From assembly GCA_040380025.1 (NCBI GenBank), contig JBEIJY010000024.1:1-39223 (forward strand): 39,223 nucleotides of DNA, written 5' to 3'. The stretch's first letter is position 1, and every line of letters starts with the position of its first letter. Positions 8,244 through 20,651 of the stretch are shown piece by piece. Under the pieces are notes generated by a model that did not search any database, had not been told where the DNA came from, and saw only the letters and a program-made list of their open reading frames with translations. This DNA is from Bdellovibrionales bacterium. Lineage in GTDB: Bacteria; Bdellovibrionota; UBA1018; CAIMNF01. The translations under genes and the position numbers were made by a program.

Positions 8244-9797
8244 ATGAAGTTTGTTCATAAAAAAAGAGAACCGGTGCTGATCGCAAACCGCGGCGAGATC
8301 GCGATCCGTGTGGCGCGCACCGCGAAGATGCTGGGGTTCCCGACGGTCGCCGTGTATTCGTCGGCGGACCGGTTCTCGGAACACGTGAAGTTCTGTGATT
8401 TTGCCGAGTTCATCGGCGATCCCGAGCCGAAGGCGAGTTACCTGGTCGCAGACAAGGTCATTGCCGCGGCGAAAAAGCACGGAGCAAAGTACATTCATCC
8501 GGGCTATGGGTTCCTCTCGGAGCGCCCGCATTTTGTCGAGGCGGTCGAGAAGGCCGGTCTCGTGTTTGTCGGACCTTCCGCTGATTCGATGCGGGTCATG
8601 GGCGACAAGATCGAGGCACGCAAAACCGTCGAACGCTTGAAAGTGCCCGGAGTCCCGGGAAGTCCCGGCGCCGTCAAGGATGCCGAAGAGGCGCTCGAGT
8701 TTGCAAAAAAAGTGAAATTCCCCGTGCTTTTGAAGGCCGCGGCGGGCGGCGGCGGCAAGGGCATGCGCCGGGTGGACTCGGAATCCGAGCTTCTCTCGGC
8801 GTTCGAGTCGGCCTCGCGCGAGGCGCTCAGCGCCTTCGGCGATGGCTCGATGTATGTCGAAAAATACATTCTCGAGCCCCATCATGTCGAGATCCAGGTG
8901 TTCGGTGACGGCAAGGGCGGCGCGATCCATCTTGGCGAGCGCGAGTGCTCGATCCAGCGGCGGCACCAGAAGGTGTGGGAGGAGTCTCCCGCGCCGATTC
9001 TGGAGATCCACCCGAAAACCCGCGAGAAGATGTTTGAATGCGCAGTGCGGATCGCGCGCGAGATTTGCTATGCCGGAGCGGGGACTTTCGAGTTCATCGT
9101 CGATGGTGCCGGCGATTTTTACTTTCTTGAGATGAACACCCGCTTGCAGGTGGAGCATCCGGTGACCGAATGGGTGACGGGAGCCGATCTGGTCGGGATG
9201 CAGTTGCTCCTGGCGGCCGGAGAGCTGGAGCTTCCGGCGCAGGAGTCGATCGTCCGCAACGGCGCCTCGATCGAGGTCCGCGTGTACGCCGAAGACCCGC
9301 ACACGTTCCTTCCCGCGCCCGGAAAAATGGGCCGGATCGTGCAACCGAACGGACCGTTTTTGCGCTGGGATTCCTCGTACGAATCGAGCGGCGAGGTGTC
9401 GATGTTTTATGACCCCATGATCGCGAAGCTCTCGGTCTGGGGCCGCTCCCGCGAAGAAGCGGTCGCGCGGATGCGAGTCGCGCTCGATGAGCTCTCGATC
9501 GAGGCTCCGAAGAATGCGCGGGGCGCGCAGAAGGGCTCGCTACGCACGAATGTGACGTTTTTGCAGCGGCTCTCGCGGTGTCCGGATGTGATTCAAGGGA
9601 ACACCACGACCGATTTGATTCCGCGGAATCCGCAGTTGACCGAGAACTCGGCGAGCACGGAGGTGTCTGCCGATGCGGCGATCGCGCTTGCGCTTCTGCG
9701 ATTCACCGAGGCGGCGGATGCGGTCGAGAGCTCCGGCGGATCAGCGGCACCGGGCTCGCTCTGGAACGAGCGCTCCCGCTGGGAGGCAGTGCGATGA
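8244..9797 (+). CDS. Biotin carboxylase subunit of acyl-CoA carboxylase
   Basis: IANRGEIA, IHPGYGFLSE, GGGGKGMR, RECSIQRRHQK, EMNTRLQVEHPVTE and YDPMIAKL motifs. Confidence 0.95.
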   Translation: MKFVHKKREPVLIANRGEIAIRVARTAKMLGFPTVAVYSSADRFSEHVKFCDFAEFIGDPEPKASYLVADKVIAAAKKHGAKYIHPGYGFLSERPHFVEAVEKAGLVFVGPSADSMRVMGDKIEARKTVERLKVPGVPGSPGAVKDAEEALEFAKKVKFPVLLKAAAGGGGKGMRRVDSESELLSAFESASREALSAFGDGSMYVEKYILEPHHVEIQVFGDGKGGAIHLGERECSIQRRHQKVWEESPAPILEIHPKTREKMFECAVRIAREICYAGAGTFEFIVDGAGDFYFLEMNTRLQVEHPVTEWVTGADLVGMQLLLAAGELELPAQESIVRNGASIEVRVYAEDPHTFLPAPGKMGRIVQPNGPFLRWDSSYESSGEVSMFYDPMIAKLSVWGRSREEAVARMRVALDELSIEAPKNARGAQKGSLRTNVTFLQRLSRCPDVIQGNTTTDLIPRNPQLTENSASTEVSADAAIALALLRFTEAADAVESSGGSAAPGSLWNERSRWEAVR

Positions 9798-10315
9798 TTT
9801 CAGGACAGGCAGGAAAGGCAAGATTGGCGTTTCTTTCGACTCCCAAGGGCCGCTCGGGCGAGGTCGAGGTGCGGCTCGCGGATGGCACGGTCGAAACCGT
9901 GCGCTGGCATCGGGATGATCAGGGAATCTGGATCGAGACCGCGCGTGGCTACCGGGGCTTTGATGTCAGAAAAATCGAGAACGAAGAAGGCGCGCCGGAG
10001 TATCAGATTCTGCGCCGAAGGCATGCCGAAGTGCTCACGGGGGTCTCGTTTTTGAAGGCCGGAGAGCAGGCGGATGCGAACTCGGTCGGAAAAGTCAAAA
10101 AAGGCGCGCGAGTGAAGTCCCAGATGCCGGGCAAGATTGTCCGCGTGCTGGTGAAGGCGGGCGATGAAGTGAAAAAAGGCCAGTCTCTGCTCGTGATGGA
10201 GGCGATGAAGATGGAAAACGAGATCAAATCGCCCCAGGACGGAGTCATCAAAGAGGTGAGGGTCGCAGAGGGCCAGGCCGTCGAAACGGGCAGCGAGCTC
10301 GCGAATTTCGTTTGA
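9794..10315 (+). CDS. Biotin carboxyl carrier protein
   Basis: MPGKIV..EAMKMENEI biotinylation motif; ATGA overlap with the upstream stop. Confidence 0.92.
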   Translation: MISGQAGKARLAFLSTPKGRSGEVEVRLADGTVETVRWHRDDQGIWIETARGYRGFDVRKIENEEGAPEYQILRRRHAEVLTGVSFLKAGEQADANSVGKVKKGARVKSQMPGKIVRVLVKAGDEVKKGQSLLVMEAMKMENEIKSPQDGVIKEVRVAEGQAVETGSELANFV

Positions 10316-10322
10316 AGGTTCA

Positions 10323-10521
10323 GAACTGCCCCCTTTCATTGTTCTTGGAAAGGGGAGGGATCGGGAGAAGCCATTGGGAACATTCGGTTTTTGCCGACTC
10401 TCGCGAGCGCGTGACGCGCGAAAGCGAGGCCGCAGGACGCGGCATGGAGGTAAAAACCGAATGTTCCCACTGGTTTCTCCCGATCCCTCTGATAGAAAAG
10501 CACAATGAAAGGGTGCAATTT
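10323..10521. repeat. ~200-bp nested inverted-repeat element (MITE/REPIN-like), copy 1
   Basis: Outer IR GAACTGCCCCCTTTCATTGT / ACAATGAAAGGGTGCAATTT; inner ~41-bp IR 10355-10395 / 10449-10489; core shared with copy 2. Confidence 0.85.
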
Positions 10522-10860
10522 ATGAAAAATGAACTCGTGATTACTGATGTCGTCCCCGGAACCGGAAAACAAGCCGTCAAAGGCGCCCTCGTCTCGGTCC
10601 ACTACGAAGGAACCCTCGAAAACGGATCCGTCTTCGATTCTTCGCATGTCCGCGGACGCCCCATCGAATTCGTGCTGGGTACGGGCCGGGTCATCAAGGG
10701 CTGGGATCAGGGGCTCATGGGAATGAAAGTCGGCGGCAAACGCACGCTGTTCATTCCTGCTCACCTTGCTTACGGGGAGCGCGCGATCGGAAGCATTCCC
10801 CCGAACTCGAATCTGAACTTCACGGTCGAGCTTCTTGAAGTCCGCACTCGCGACGAGTGA
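10522..10860 (+). CDS. FKBP-type peptidyl-prolyl cis-trans isomerase
   Basis: VSVHYEGTL..G.VFDSS, VIKGWDQGL.GMKVGGKR.L.IP.HLAYG and IPPNSNLNF.VELL; true start is ATG 10522. Confidence 0.95.
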   Translation: MKNELVITDVVPGTGKQAVKGALVSVHYEGTLENGSVFDSSHVRGRPIEFVLGTGRVIKGWDQGLMGMKVGGKRTLFIPAHLAYGERAIGSIPPNSNLNFTVELLEVRTRDE

Positions 10861-12447
10861 TCAGAATCCCGAGTATTCCTGGTACTCGCCGTACACCTTC
10901 CGGAGCTCGTCCGAGATCTCTCCGAGGGTGCACTCGCTCTTCACACATTCATAAATGCGGGCCATGAGGTTTCCCTCGCCCTTCGCCGAATCCGAAAGCG
11001 CGCGCAGGGAGTCTTGCGCCTTCCCGCCCGATCGCTTGGCCTTGTAGGCGCGAATCCGCTCGACTGCTTTTGTCTCGAGCTCGGCCGGGACCTTCATGAT
11101 CTCGATCTTCTTCGCGCCGTTGCCGGTTTCTTGGTAGGTGTTCACGCCGACGATTCCGAGCTCTTTCGCATCGATGCGCTTTTGATCCTCATAGGCGGAG
11201 TTCAAAATCTCGGTCTGAATATAGCCCGATTCGATGCACGCAACAGTACCGCCCCTTCGCTCGATTTCGGCCAGGTACTTCCAGACTTCTTCTTCGATTG
11301 TGGCGGTCAACGACTCGACAAAGTAACTGCCGGCCATCGGGTCGACGGTTTGGGTGACCATGGTTTCAGAGGCGATCACCTGCTGGGTCCGGAGCGCAAG
11401 AAGCGCTGCCGATTCGCTCGGAAGCGCAAGCGCCTCGTCCATCGAGTTCGTGTGAAGGGATTGGGTTCCGCCCAGAACCGAGGCCAAGGCCTGGATCGCC
11501 ACCCGGACGACGTTGTTTTCGGGTTGTTGCGCGGTCAGGGTTGATCCCGCCGTTTGGGAGTGGAACCGGAGCATCATCGAGCGGGGATCTTTTGCCTGGA
11601 ACCGCTCCTTCATGATTTTCGCCCAGATCCGGCGTGCGGCCCGGAACTTCGCGATCTCTTCGAAGAAATCATTGTGCACGTTGAAGAAAAAGCTCAACTG
11701 CCCTGCGAACGCATCGACATCGAGGCCCGCCTTCACCGCCGAATCGACATAGGCGATCGCATCGGCGAAGGTAAAGGCCAGTTCTTGGGTCGCGCTCGAG
11801 CCGGCCTCGCGGATGTGGTAGCCCGAGATCGAGATCGGATTCCACTTGGGCGTGTTCTTCGAGCACCACTCGAACATGTCGGTGATGATCCGAAGCGCGC
11901 CCTTCGGCGGATAAATGTAGTTTCCGCGCGCGATGTATTCCTTCAGCACATCGTTCTGAACGGTGCCGCGAAGCTCGCGGGCCTGTGCGCCTTGCTCTTC
12001 TGCGAGCGCGACATAGAATGAGAGCAAAATCGGTGCGGTCGCATTGATGGTCATCGAGGTCGAAACATCGGCAAGCGGGATTCCCCGAAACAGCGTGCGC
12101 ATCTCGTCCAAGGTCGAGACCGAAACACCAACCTTGCCCACCTCGCCCTTCGAGCGGGCGTGATCGGGGTCGTAGCCCAGCTGGGTCGGAAGATCAAACG
12201 CCACCGAGAGTCCCATGGTCCCTTGCGAGAGCAGGTAGTGATACCGCTGGTTTGACTCTTCGGCCGTCCCGAAGCCCGCATACTGGCGCATGGTCCAGAG
12301 GCGGCCCCGGTACATGGTCTTTTGGACCCCCCGGGTGAAGGGGTACTGGCCAGGAACGCCAAGGCGATCCTGGAGGTCCGCGGGGAGGTCCCCGGGTCCG
12401 TAAAACTCTTTCACGGGAATGCGAGAGCGGGTGGTGAAGGTTTTCAT
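10861..12447 (-). CDS. Methylmalonyl-CoA mutase, substrate-binding (large) subunit without a fused B12-binding domain
   Basis: [18 protein letters not shown] (Tyr specificity residue), [34 protein letters not shown] and QSLHTNS.DEAL. Start at ATG 12447; the longer ORF call overlaps guaB. Confidence 0.93.
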   Translation of the reverse strand: MKTFTTRSRIPVKEFYGPGDLPADLQDRLGVPGQYPFTRGVQKTMYRGRLWTMRQYAGFGTAEESNQRYHYLLSQGTMGLSVAFDLPTQLGYDPDHARSKGEVGKVGVSVSTLDEMRTLFRGIPLADVSTSMTINATAPILLSFYVALAEEQGAQARELRGTVQNDVLKEYIARGNYIYPPKGALRIITDMFEWCSKNTPKWNPISISGYHIREAGSSATQELAFTFADAIAYVDSAVKAGLDVDAFAGQLSFFFNVHNDFFEEIAKFRAARRIWAKIMKERFQAKDPRSMMLRFHSQTAGSTLTAQQPENNVVRVAIQALASVLGGTQSLHTNSMDEALALPSESAALLALRTQQVIASETMVTQTVDPMAGSYFVESLTATIEEEVWKYLAEIERRGGTVACIESGYIQTEILNSAYEDQKRIDAKELGIVGVNTYQETGNGAKKIEIMKVPAELETKAVERIRAYKAKRSGGKAQDSLRALSDSAKGEGNLMARIYECVKSECTLGEISDELRKVYGEYQEYSGF

Positions 12448-12600
12448 GTGCGGGGGATCGTATGCGATAGGGCGGGTAAAGACAACTTTGGCGCGGGAAA
12501 GGCGGGGTATTTTGCGTCTATTTCTTTCATTTACGGAAAATTGTTGTTTAAATTTGTCCAGTTTTATGCTACTCTTCCCGCAAAATTCCAAGGAGCCTGA

Positions 12601-15674
<3,074 letters not shown>

Positions 15675-15681
15675 GCGGAAC

Positions 15682-16188
15682 ATGAGCGGAAGAAACAAAA
15701 AAGAACTGAAAGGCGTAAGCCACCTCGGAAAGCGCGGAACCAAATACGGGTTCGAGTACGATCCCGGGCTCCTGGAAGCGTTCCCGAACAAGAATCCCGA
15801 TTCGATCCAGTGGGTGAGCTTTGTCTGCACCGAATTCACCTCGCTCTGCCCGCTGACGGGCCAGCCTGATTTCGCGCGGATTTTCATTCACTACATCGCC
15901 GATAAAAAGATGGTCGAGTCGAAGGCTCTCAAGCTCTATTTATTCAGCTTTCGCAATCATGGCGATTTTCATGAGGACTGCGTGCAGAAGATCTGCAACG
16001 ACTTGAAGAAACTTTTGAATCCGCGCTACCTCGAGGTGATCGGAGAGTTCACCCCGCGCGGCGGAATTGCGATTTATCCCTTCTCGAGCACTCACAACGG
16101 AGAAGACCTGTTTGAAAGAATTCACCGGGAGCGACTGATGGCTTACGCTCCCGGAAAATACACCTTGGATCTCGGACGACCGTATTAA
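15682..16188 (+). CDS. queF: PreQ1 synthase (7-cyano-7-deazaguanine reductase), unimodular type
   Basis: EFTSLCPLTGQPDFA, VESKALKLYLFSFRNHGDFHE and FTPRGGI motifs. Confidence 0.95.
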   Translation: MSGRNKKELKGVSHLGKRGTKYGFEYDPGLLEAFPNKNPDSIQWVSFVCTEFTSLCPLTGQPDFARIFIHYIADKKMVESKALKLYLFSFRNHGDFHEDCVQKICNDLKKLLNPRYLEVIGEFTPRGGIAIYPFSSTHNGEDLFERIHRERLMAYAPGKYTLDLGRPY

Positions 16189-16204
16189 AGCCTGAGGAAG
16201 TAGT

Positions 16205-17746
16205 ATGAAAACGAAGTACCTGTTCTTGAACCGAATCCGTGTGAGCACGATGGCGCTTTTTTGTGCGGTCGTCATGTCAGCATGTGGAAAGCCTTCTCCG
16301 TACACCACAACGGGCGCCATGAATTGGAACCAACCCGGGGTGCAGAATCCCTGGGTGAACAATACCCAGACCCCGAACAACCCGGCGATTGTGCCGATCG
16401 GGACGGGTCCCTCTGGCAACGGCCCTGGACTTGATCCGTACGATCCGTGCGGAGCATGCTGGCCTTGTGTTCAGGTCCGGAGACGGTGTTGTCCAGCGGA
16501 CGGAGGTGGGGGCGGCAGTGGTCACAGACGCTTCGGCAATCGCGATCGGTCCGGTGGCGCCGATGAGCGGGGAGCGGACGAGCGACACCAAGAAGAACCG
16601 GTGAAAAACGACAAACCATCTGACCCTACCGGTGTCGATGATACTCAAAAGCCCGGGGCTTCCCTCGAGGCGCCCCATGAGTATGAGCTGACCTATGAGG
16701 ATTACCGGCTGGCCAACGGACTCATGTACAGTCTTAAGATCAGCCCGGCTGGGAATGCGATTGAGATCAACGATGTTTTCGCCACCGGAAGAATTGCGAA
16801 TCCACAGCTCTTGATTCCTAGAACTCACCCGCTTTTTCCGCGCGTGAAGGCGCTTCTCGATGGGCAGGTCGAGGTTCAAGGGGACCCAAACGATGCCCAG
16901 TCCTACCAGGAGAGGCTCACGGTCCGGGACCTGACAAACGACAAAGTGGTTCAGGTGATCTCTCAACCGAGGATTTTGGGACCGTCGGGAGATACCGCGC
17001 TGTTTGATGACATTCGGGATTACATTTGGGATCATCTGAATCCGGCGGACTTTGCCGGAGGCGGGACCGGTGGCGACGCCGAGGGAACCAACCCGGGCAC
17101 AGGCAACCCAGAGACAAGACCGACCAAGCCACCCGTCGTTGTAGCGCCCGAAGTGGTGACTCAACCGGTGCCCGAAACACCGGAAGACCAGCGGGATGCC
17201 GCGAACGATGCTTTGAACCGCGCCGATGTAACGTTTCAGACTCCGGCGATCTATTTTGATACCGGGAAATCAACCATAAAAAAGGATAAAATGAAGGCGC
17301 CTCCGGGCTCCAGCGTGGGGGAGATCTCAGCCTTGGAGAGGGTGCAACGGACTGCGCTGGTCTTTGCCGAGTTTCAAAATGAGATTCAAAGAATCACCAT
17401 CATCGGACAGACGGACAAAGAGGGTGACGAAAAAGGGAATTTCAAACTTTCACTGAAACGCGCGCAGGCAGTACGGACGGTCATCGTGGATCCGAAACTA
17501 TTCAAAGAACCACCGAGGCTGAATGAAAAAATCGTGTTTGCTTTAGGGGTCGGTGAGCCGAAAAACTCGAGCTGCAAAACTGAGAAATGCCCGCAGGATC
17601 GCAAGGTTTCGTTTTCGGTTGACTTCGTGAACACACTTGACCCGAATACACTCGCTGCTCGGATCGAGGCGCTGAACCAAGAAATGATCAATATCTGGGG
17701 TGAGGGCATTCGTGCTCCTCAGAATGGTAATCCTTTGACCAATTGA
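16205..17746 (+). CDS. Lipoprotein with C-terminal OmpA-like (peptidoglycan-binding) domain
   Basis: Lipobox MSAC; IYFDTGKSTI, I.G.TD.EG....N..LS..RAQAV, G.GE and DRKV OmpA-like motifs; low-complexity linkers. Confidence 0.75.
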   Translation: MKTKYLFLNRIRVSTMALFCAVVMSACGKPSPYTTTGAMNWNQPGVQNPWVNNTQTPNNPAIVPIGTGPSGNGPGLDPYDPCGACWPCVQVRRRCCPADGGGGGSGHRRFGNRDRSGGADERGADERHQEEPVKNDKPSDPTGVDDTQKPGASLEAPHEYELTYEDYRLANGLMYSLKISPAGNAIEINDVFATGRIANPQLLIPRTHPLFPRVKALLDGQVEVQGDPNDAQSYQERLTVRDLTNDKVVQVISQPRILGPSGDTALFDDIRDYIWDHLNPADFAGGGTGGDAEGTNPGTGNPETRPTKPPVVVAPEVVTQPVPETPEDQRDAANDALNRADVTFQTPAIYFDTGKSTIKKDKMKAPPGSSVGEISALERVQRTALVFAEFQNEIQRITIIGQTDKEGDEKGNFKLSLKRAQAVRTVIVDPKLFKEPPRLNEKIVFALGVGEPKNSSCKTEKCPQDRKVSFSVDFVNTLDPNTLAARIEALNQEMINIWGEGIRAPQNGNPLTN

Positions 17747-17801
17747 GGCATGATGGAATTCGTCGGGCGACTTTTTCGGAGTTCAGAGCTAGGATGCAGT
17801 C

Positions 17802-18299
17802 ATGCTTTTGGATTCCTATCCTGTTCTGAAACGGTTTTTCTCGTCCGTGCTCATCGATTCTGATCTCGAGCGGGACCCGAAGACCGTGAAGTCCTACTGC
17901 GAAACCTCGGGCGCCGAAGAATCCGCCCGGCTGAAGAGCGATTTGCGAGCGCTTCTTGGCCTGAAGGAGCTTCCGATCGAGGAATTCGGATCCGAGGCGA
18001 ATCGCTGGTTTTCGGATTTGGCCGAGACGAAAGCCTGGCTTGAGTCGCTTCTTCAGGCGGCCGATGCCGCGTCTCTCCAAGAAGATGCGGTTCGTGTGCT
18101 CGACTCGAATGGTGCTCTTTTGGTCGAGGGCGATTCGGTCACGGTGATCAAGGACCTGAAGGTGAAGGGCGGATCGAGCGATCTGAAGCGCGGCACCCTC
18201 ATTCGAAAAATCCACCTGACGGCCGATCCGGCACTCATCGAGTGCAAGGTCGACGGCAGCGTGCTCGTACTCCGGACGGAGTTCCTGAAGAAAAGCTAA
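17802..18299 (+). CDS. PhnA/YjdM C-terminal domain protein with atypical helical N-terminal domain
   Basis: DSNGALL.EGDSVTVIKDLKVKG.S..LKRGT....I.L ... IECKVDG..L.TEFLKK; no zinc-ribbon cysteines in the N-terminal half. Confidence 0.8.
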   Translation: MLLDSYPVLKRFFSSVLIDSDLERDPKTVKSYCETSGAEESARLKSDLRALLGLKELPIEEFGSEANRWFSDLAETKAWLESLLQAADAASLQEDAVRVLDSNGALLVEGDSVTVIKDLKVKGGSSDLKRGTLIRKIHLTADPALIECKVDGSVLVLRTEFLKKS

Positions 18300-18394
18300 A
18301 ATGGCTTACTGTGAATCGCCCGAGCTTGATGATGCTCTTCTAATTGAAACAGCGCCATCCAAGGCGGGTCGCTTCATTCCTGCCCGCATTTTCT

Positions 18395-19108
18395 TCAGAG
18401 AACACAGACTTCTTCTTGAAGCGCGCGAGAAATCTTCAGTCTCTCGACCACCTGGAATTCGCGGATCCGCTGCCTCACCAACTCATAGGCGGCCCCCGAG
18501 TTCACCCCGTCGGTGTTCCGGTTCCAGTAGTCAACGGCATCGCTATGGCTCATTCCGCAAAATTGAATGAGCGAAATCGCCGCCATGTACCCCGAGGCAT
18601 GCCAGCCGTTCCAACAGTGCAGGTACAGTCCTCCCCGGGTTTTACCGGTCAGGTGATCGCGCACAAGCTCGAGCACTTTCTCGTCCTCGCCCGCGGCGAA
18701 GCGAAGGTTATGGTAGCGGAGTTTGGAGGCTTCTCCGCTCCGGAGCCTGCATGGGACTTCTTTGGGCGCGCTCGAGAAATTCGTGGGGTAAAGGTAGTTC
18801 GCATCGGTGATGCCCTCTTCGCACAAGTTCCGAAGCGCATCTTCCTGGAGCGGGTTGTTGTTCCCGCGCGGGTGATCGCGGTGGTAGACATTGTTCGCGC
18901 CCCCTCGGAGCACATTTTTGAACACAATCCGTGCGTTCCGGACCCCGTACAGGCGCTCCTCGCCCTGTCCCCGGTTGTTCACAATCTTGGTGTACCGATC
19001 GCGGACCCCGTAGCGGGCCGGATAGTCCGGAATGGCCTGCGCCGAGGCAAAGCTCCATGCGAACGAAAAACCAGATGCCAACGAAAGAAAAAGTAGAACT
19101 TTCCCCAC
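18395..19108 (-). CDS. Secreted protein-tyrosine-phosphatase-like protein
   Basis: Signal peptide (AQA-I); VLRGG and LYLHCWNGWHASG P-loop-like motif. Start reassigned to GTG 19108 because the longer ORF runs through the repeat element. Confidence 0.7.
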   Translation of the reverse strand: MGKVLLFLSLASGFSFAWSFASAQAIPDYPARYGVRDRYTKIVNNRGQGEERLYGVRNARIVFKNVLRGGANNVYHRDHPRGNNNPLQEDALRNLCEEGITDANYLYPTNFSSAPKEVPCRLRSGEASKLRYHNLRFAAGEDEKVLELVRDHLTGKTRGGLYLHCWNGWHASGYMAAISLIQFCGMSHSDAVDYWNRNTDGVNSGAAYELVRQRIREFQVVERLKISRALQEEVCVL

Positions 19109-19164
19109 GGGATTCGGATTAAACCGGTTCGACGAACTTGTAAATGATCGCTTCGGACAAGTCT

Positions 19165-19365
19165 GAACTGCTCCCTTTGAGTGTTCTTGATCCGTACCGT
19201 GTTTCGGGAAAGGGGCTGGGAAAGAAAAAGGTTTTGCCGACTCTCGCGAGCCAGGATGGCGAAAGCGAGGCCGGAGGACCCGGCTCGGAGGCAAAAACCT
19301 TTTTCTTTCCCAGTCCCTTTCCCGAAACACAGTGCTGTTTCAAACACAATCAAAGGGCGCAGTTC
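19165..19365. repeat. ~200-bp nested inverted-repeat element, copy 2
   Basis: Outer IR GAACTGCTCCCTTTGAGTGT / ACAATCAAAGGGCGCAGTTC; inner ~40-bp IR 19199-19238 / 19290-19330; core TTTTGCCGACTCTCGCGAGC..GCGAAAGCGAGGCCG identical to copy 1. Confidence 0.85.
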
Positions 19366-19369
19366 GGGA

Positions 19370-19825
19370 CTAATCCTGCCCGATCATGATCACCCGATGG
19401 CTCGGGCAATGTGGAAGTGCCGGGTACCAGTACCCGTACCAGCGCTCCTGGAGCCAGCTCAATTGGTTGGAGTCGATCACGCACCGGGCGCTGACGGTCA
19501 CGTTCGTCCCGTAAGCGTGGTAGCCGGTTTTTCCGCCGAATTTTTTCACAATTCCGGTTTGGTATTCGCGTTCGCAGGCAAAGGGCCCCAGCCGCCCGGC
19601 AAGCGAAGCACAAATTTGAATGACCGAGTCGAGGGCTTGATTCCGGGCCTGATCACGGAGCGAGTGACGATTCCCTCCCTCGTCGTCCAAAGAAAGAGGG
19701 TAGCGCTTTCTGCTCGCGGTGGAGCGGACTGCGATTTCGAATTCCAGGGTATCGGCGAGCGCAAGGGGCTCAAAGACGCCTGCAAGGAGCAGGAGCGGGA
19801 TGCAGACAGAAAAAAGCTTTCTCAT
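19370..19825 (-). CDS. Hypothetical secreted protein
   Basis: Signal peptide (ALA-D); four Cys in the mature region. Confidence 0.6.
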   Translation of the reverse strand: MRKLFSVCIPLLLLAGVFEPLALADTLEFEIAVRSTASRKRYPLSLDDEGGNRHSLRDQARNQALDSVIQICASLAGRLGPFACEREYQTGIVKKFGGKTGYHAYGTNVTVSARCVIDSNQLSWLQERWYGYWYPALPHCPSHRVIMIGQD

Positions 19826-19863
19826 AAAACCCGACGATGGATACCATCATCGGCTGATAAAAA

Positions 19864-20538
19864 TCAAATCTTCTTCGCGTGGCTCGTGTCGAGATATTCC
19901 GAATGCCCCTCGAGGGTCGGATGGAATTCCACTTTGCCGGTGTGGAGGTTGAAGAATGCTGGCAGGATCGCCAGGGTGTTTTCTTCTTCTTTTTTTCTCA
20001 GGATCTCGCTCTCTTCGCGGATGGCCCGGACCGTGGTGTGCACATTCTCGATCGAACAAAGATCGAGCATCCGCGTTTCCTCTTTTTCGTGCAGGTGAGG
20101 GGTGACCGAGGGGATGATCCGGTTGATGAGTCTTTGGATGTTTTCGGAAGCCGGTTCGGAACGGTCTCTGAGCTGATCCGCCGTTGCCTTGATGATTCCG
20201 CATCGGGAGTGCCCGAGCACGACGATCAGTGGGGTGTTGAAGTTCAGGGCCGCGAACTCCATCGACGCAAGAAGCGAAGGGGCGATCACATTCCCCGCCA
20301 CCCGAAGGACGATCAAGTCTCCGAGACCCTGGTCAAAAACAAGCTCGGAGGGGACTCGTGAATCGGCACAGCTCAGAATGATGCAGTACGGGCGTTGTCC
20401 CTGATCCGCCAGATCGCGGAGCTTCGAGGGGGTGGGAAAGTGCTCGACCGATCGAAGCCCGCGGACAAAACGGTCGTTTCCCTCGATCAGAATGTCGAGT
20501 GCCTCGCGGGAGTTCTTTGGATATTCAGATTCGTTCAT
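19864..20538 (-). CDS. Beta-class carbonic anhydrase
   Basis: EGN.RF, CADSRV, GDL.V.RVAGN and LGHSRCG zinc-ligand motifs. Confidence 0.95.
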   Translation of the reverse strand: MNESEYPKNSREALDILIEGNDRFVRGLRSVEHFPTPSKLRDLADQGQRPYCIILSCADSRVPSELVFDQGLGDLIVLRVAGNVIAPSLLASMEFAALNFNTPLIVVLGHSRCGIIKATADQLRDRSEPASENIQRLINRIIPSVTPHLHEKEETRMLDLCSIENVHTTVRAIREESEILRKKEEENTLAILPAFFNLHTGKVEFHPTLEGHSEYLDTSHAKKI

Positions 20539-20651
20539 GTTCCCGAGGTTTTATCATGATCAGTTCATCGGTGCCCCTGTTGAATGCTTCGATCAACGGG
20601 TGCGGTTTTATTGTTTTGCAGACCTTGATTCCATGATGTACGTTGACCTCG

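Noticed and set aside
10396..10430. Repeat core as a hammerhead ribozyme or c-di-GMP riboswitch
   Set aside because: A stem-GAAA is present, but there is no CUGANGA and no c-di-GMP aptamer consensus.
10312..10521. N-terminal extensions of FKBP (and of the 18395-19330 ORF)
   Set aside because: They are read-through of the palindromic repeat elements, not protein-like sequence.
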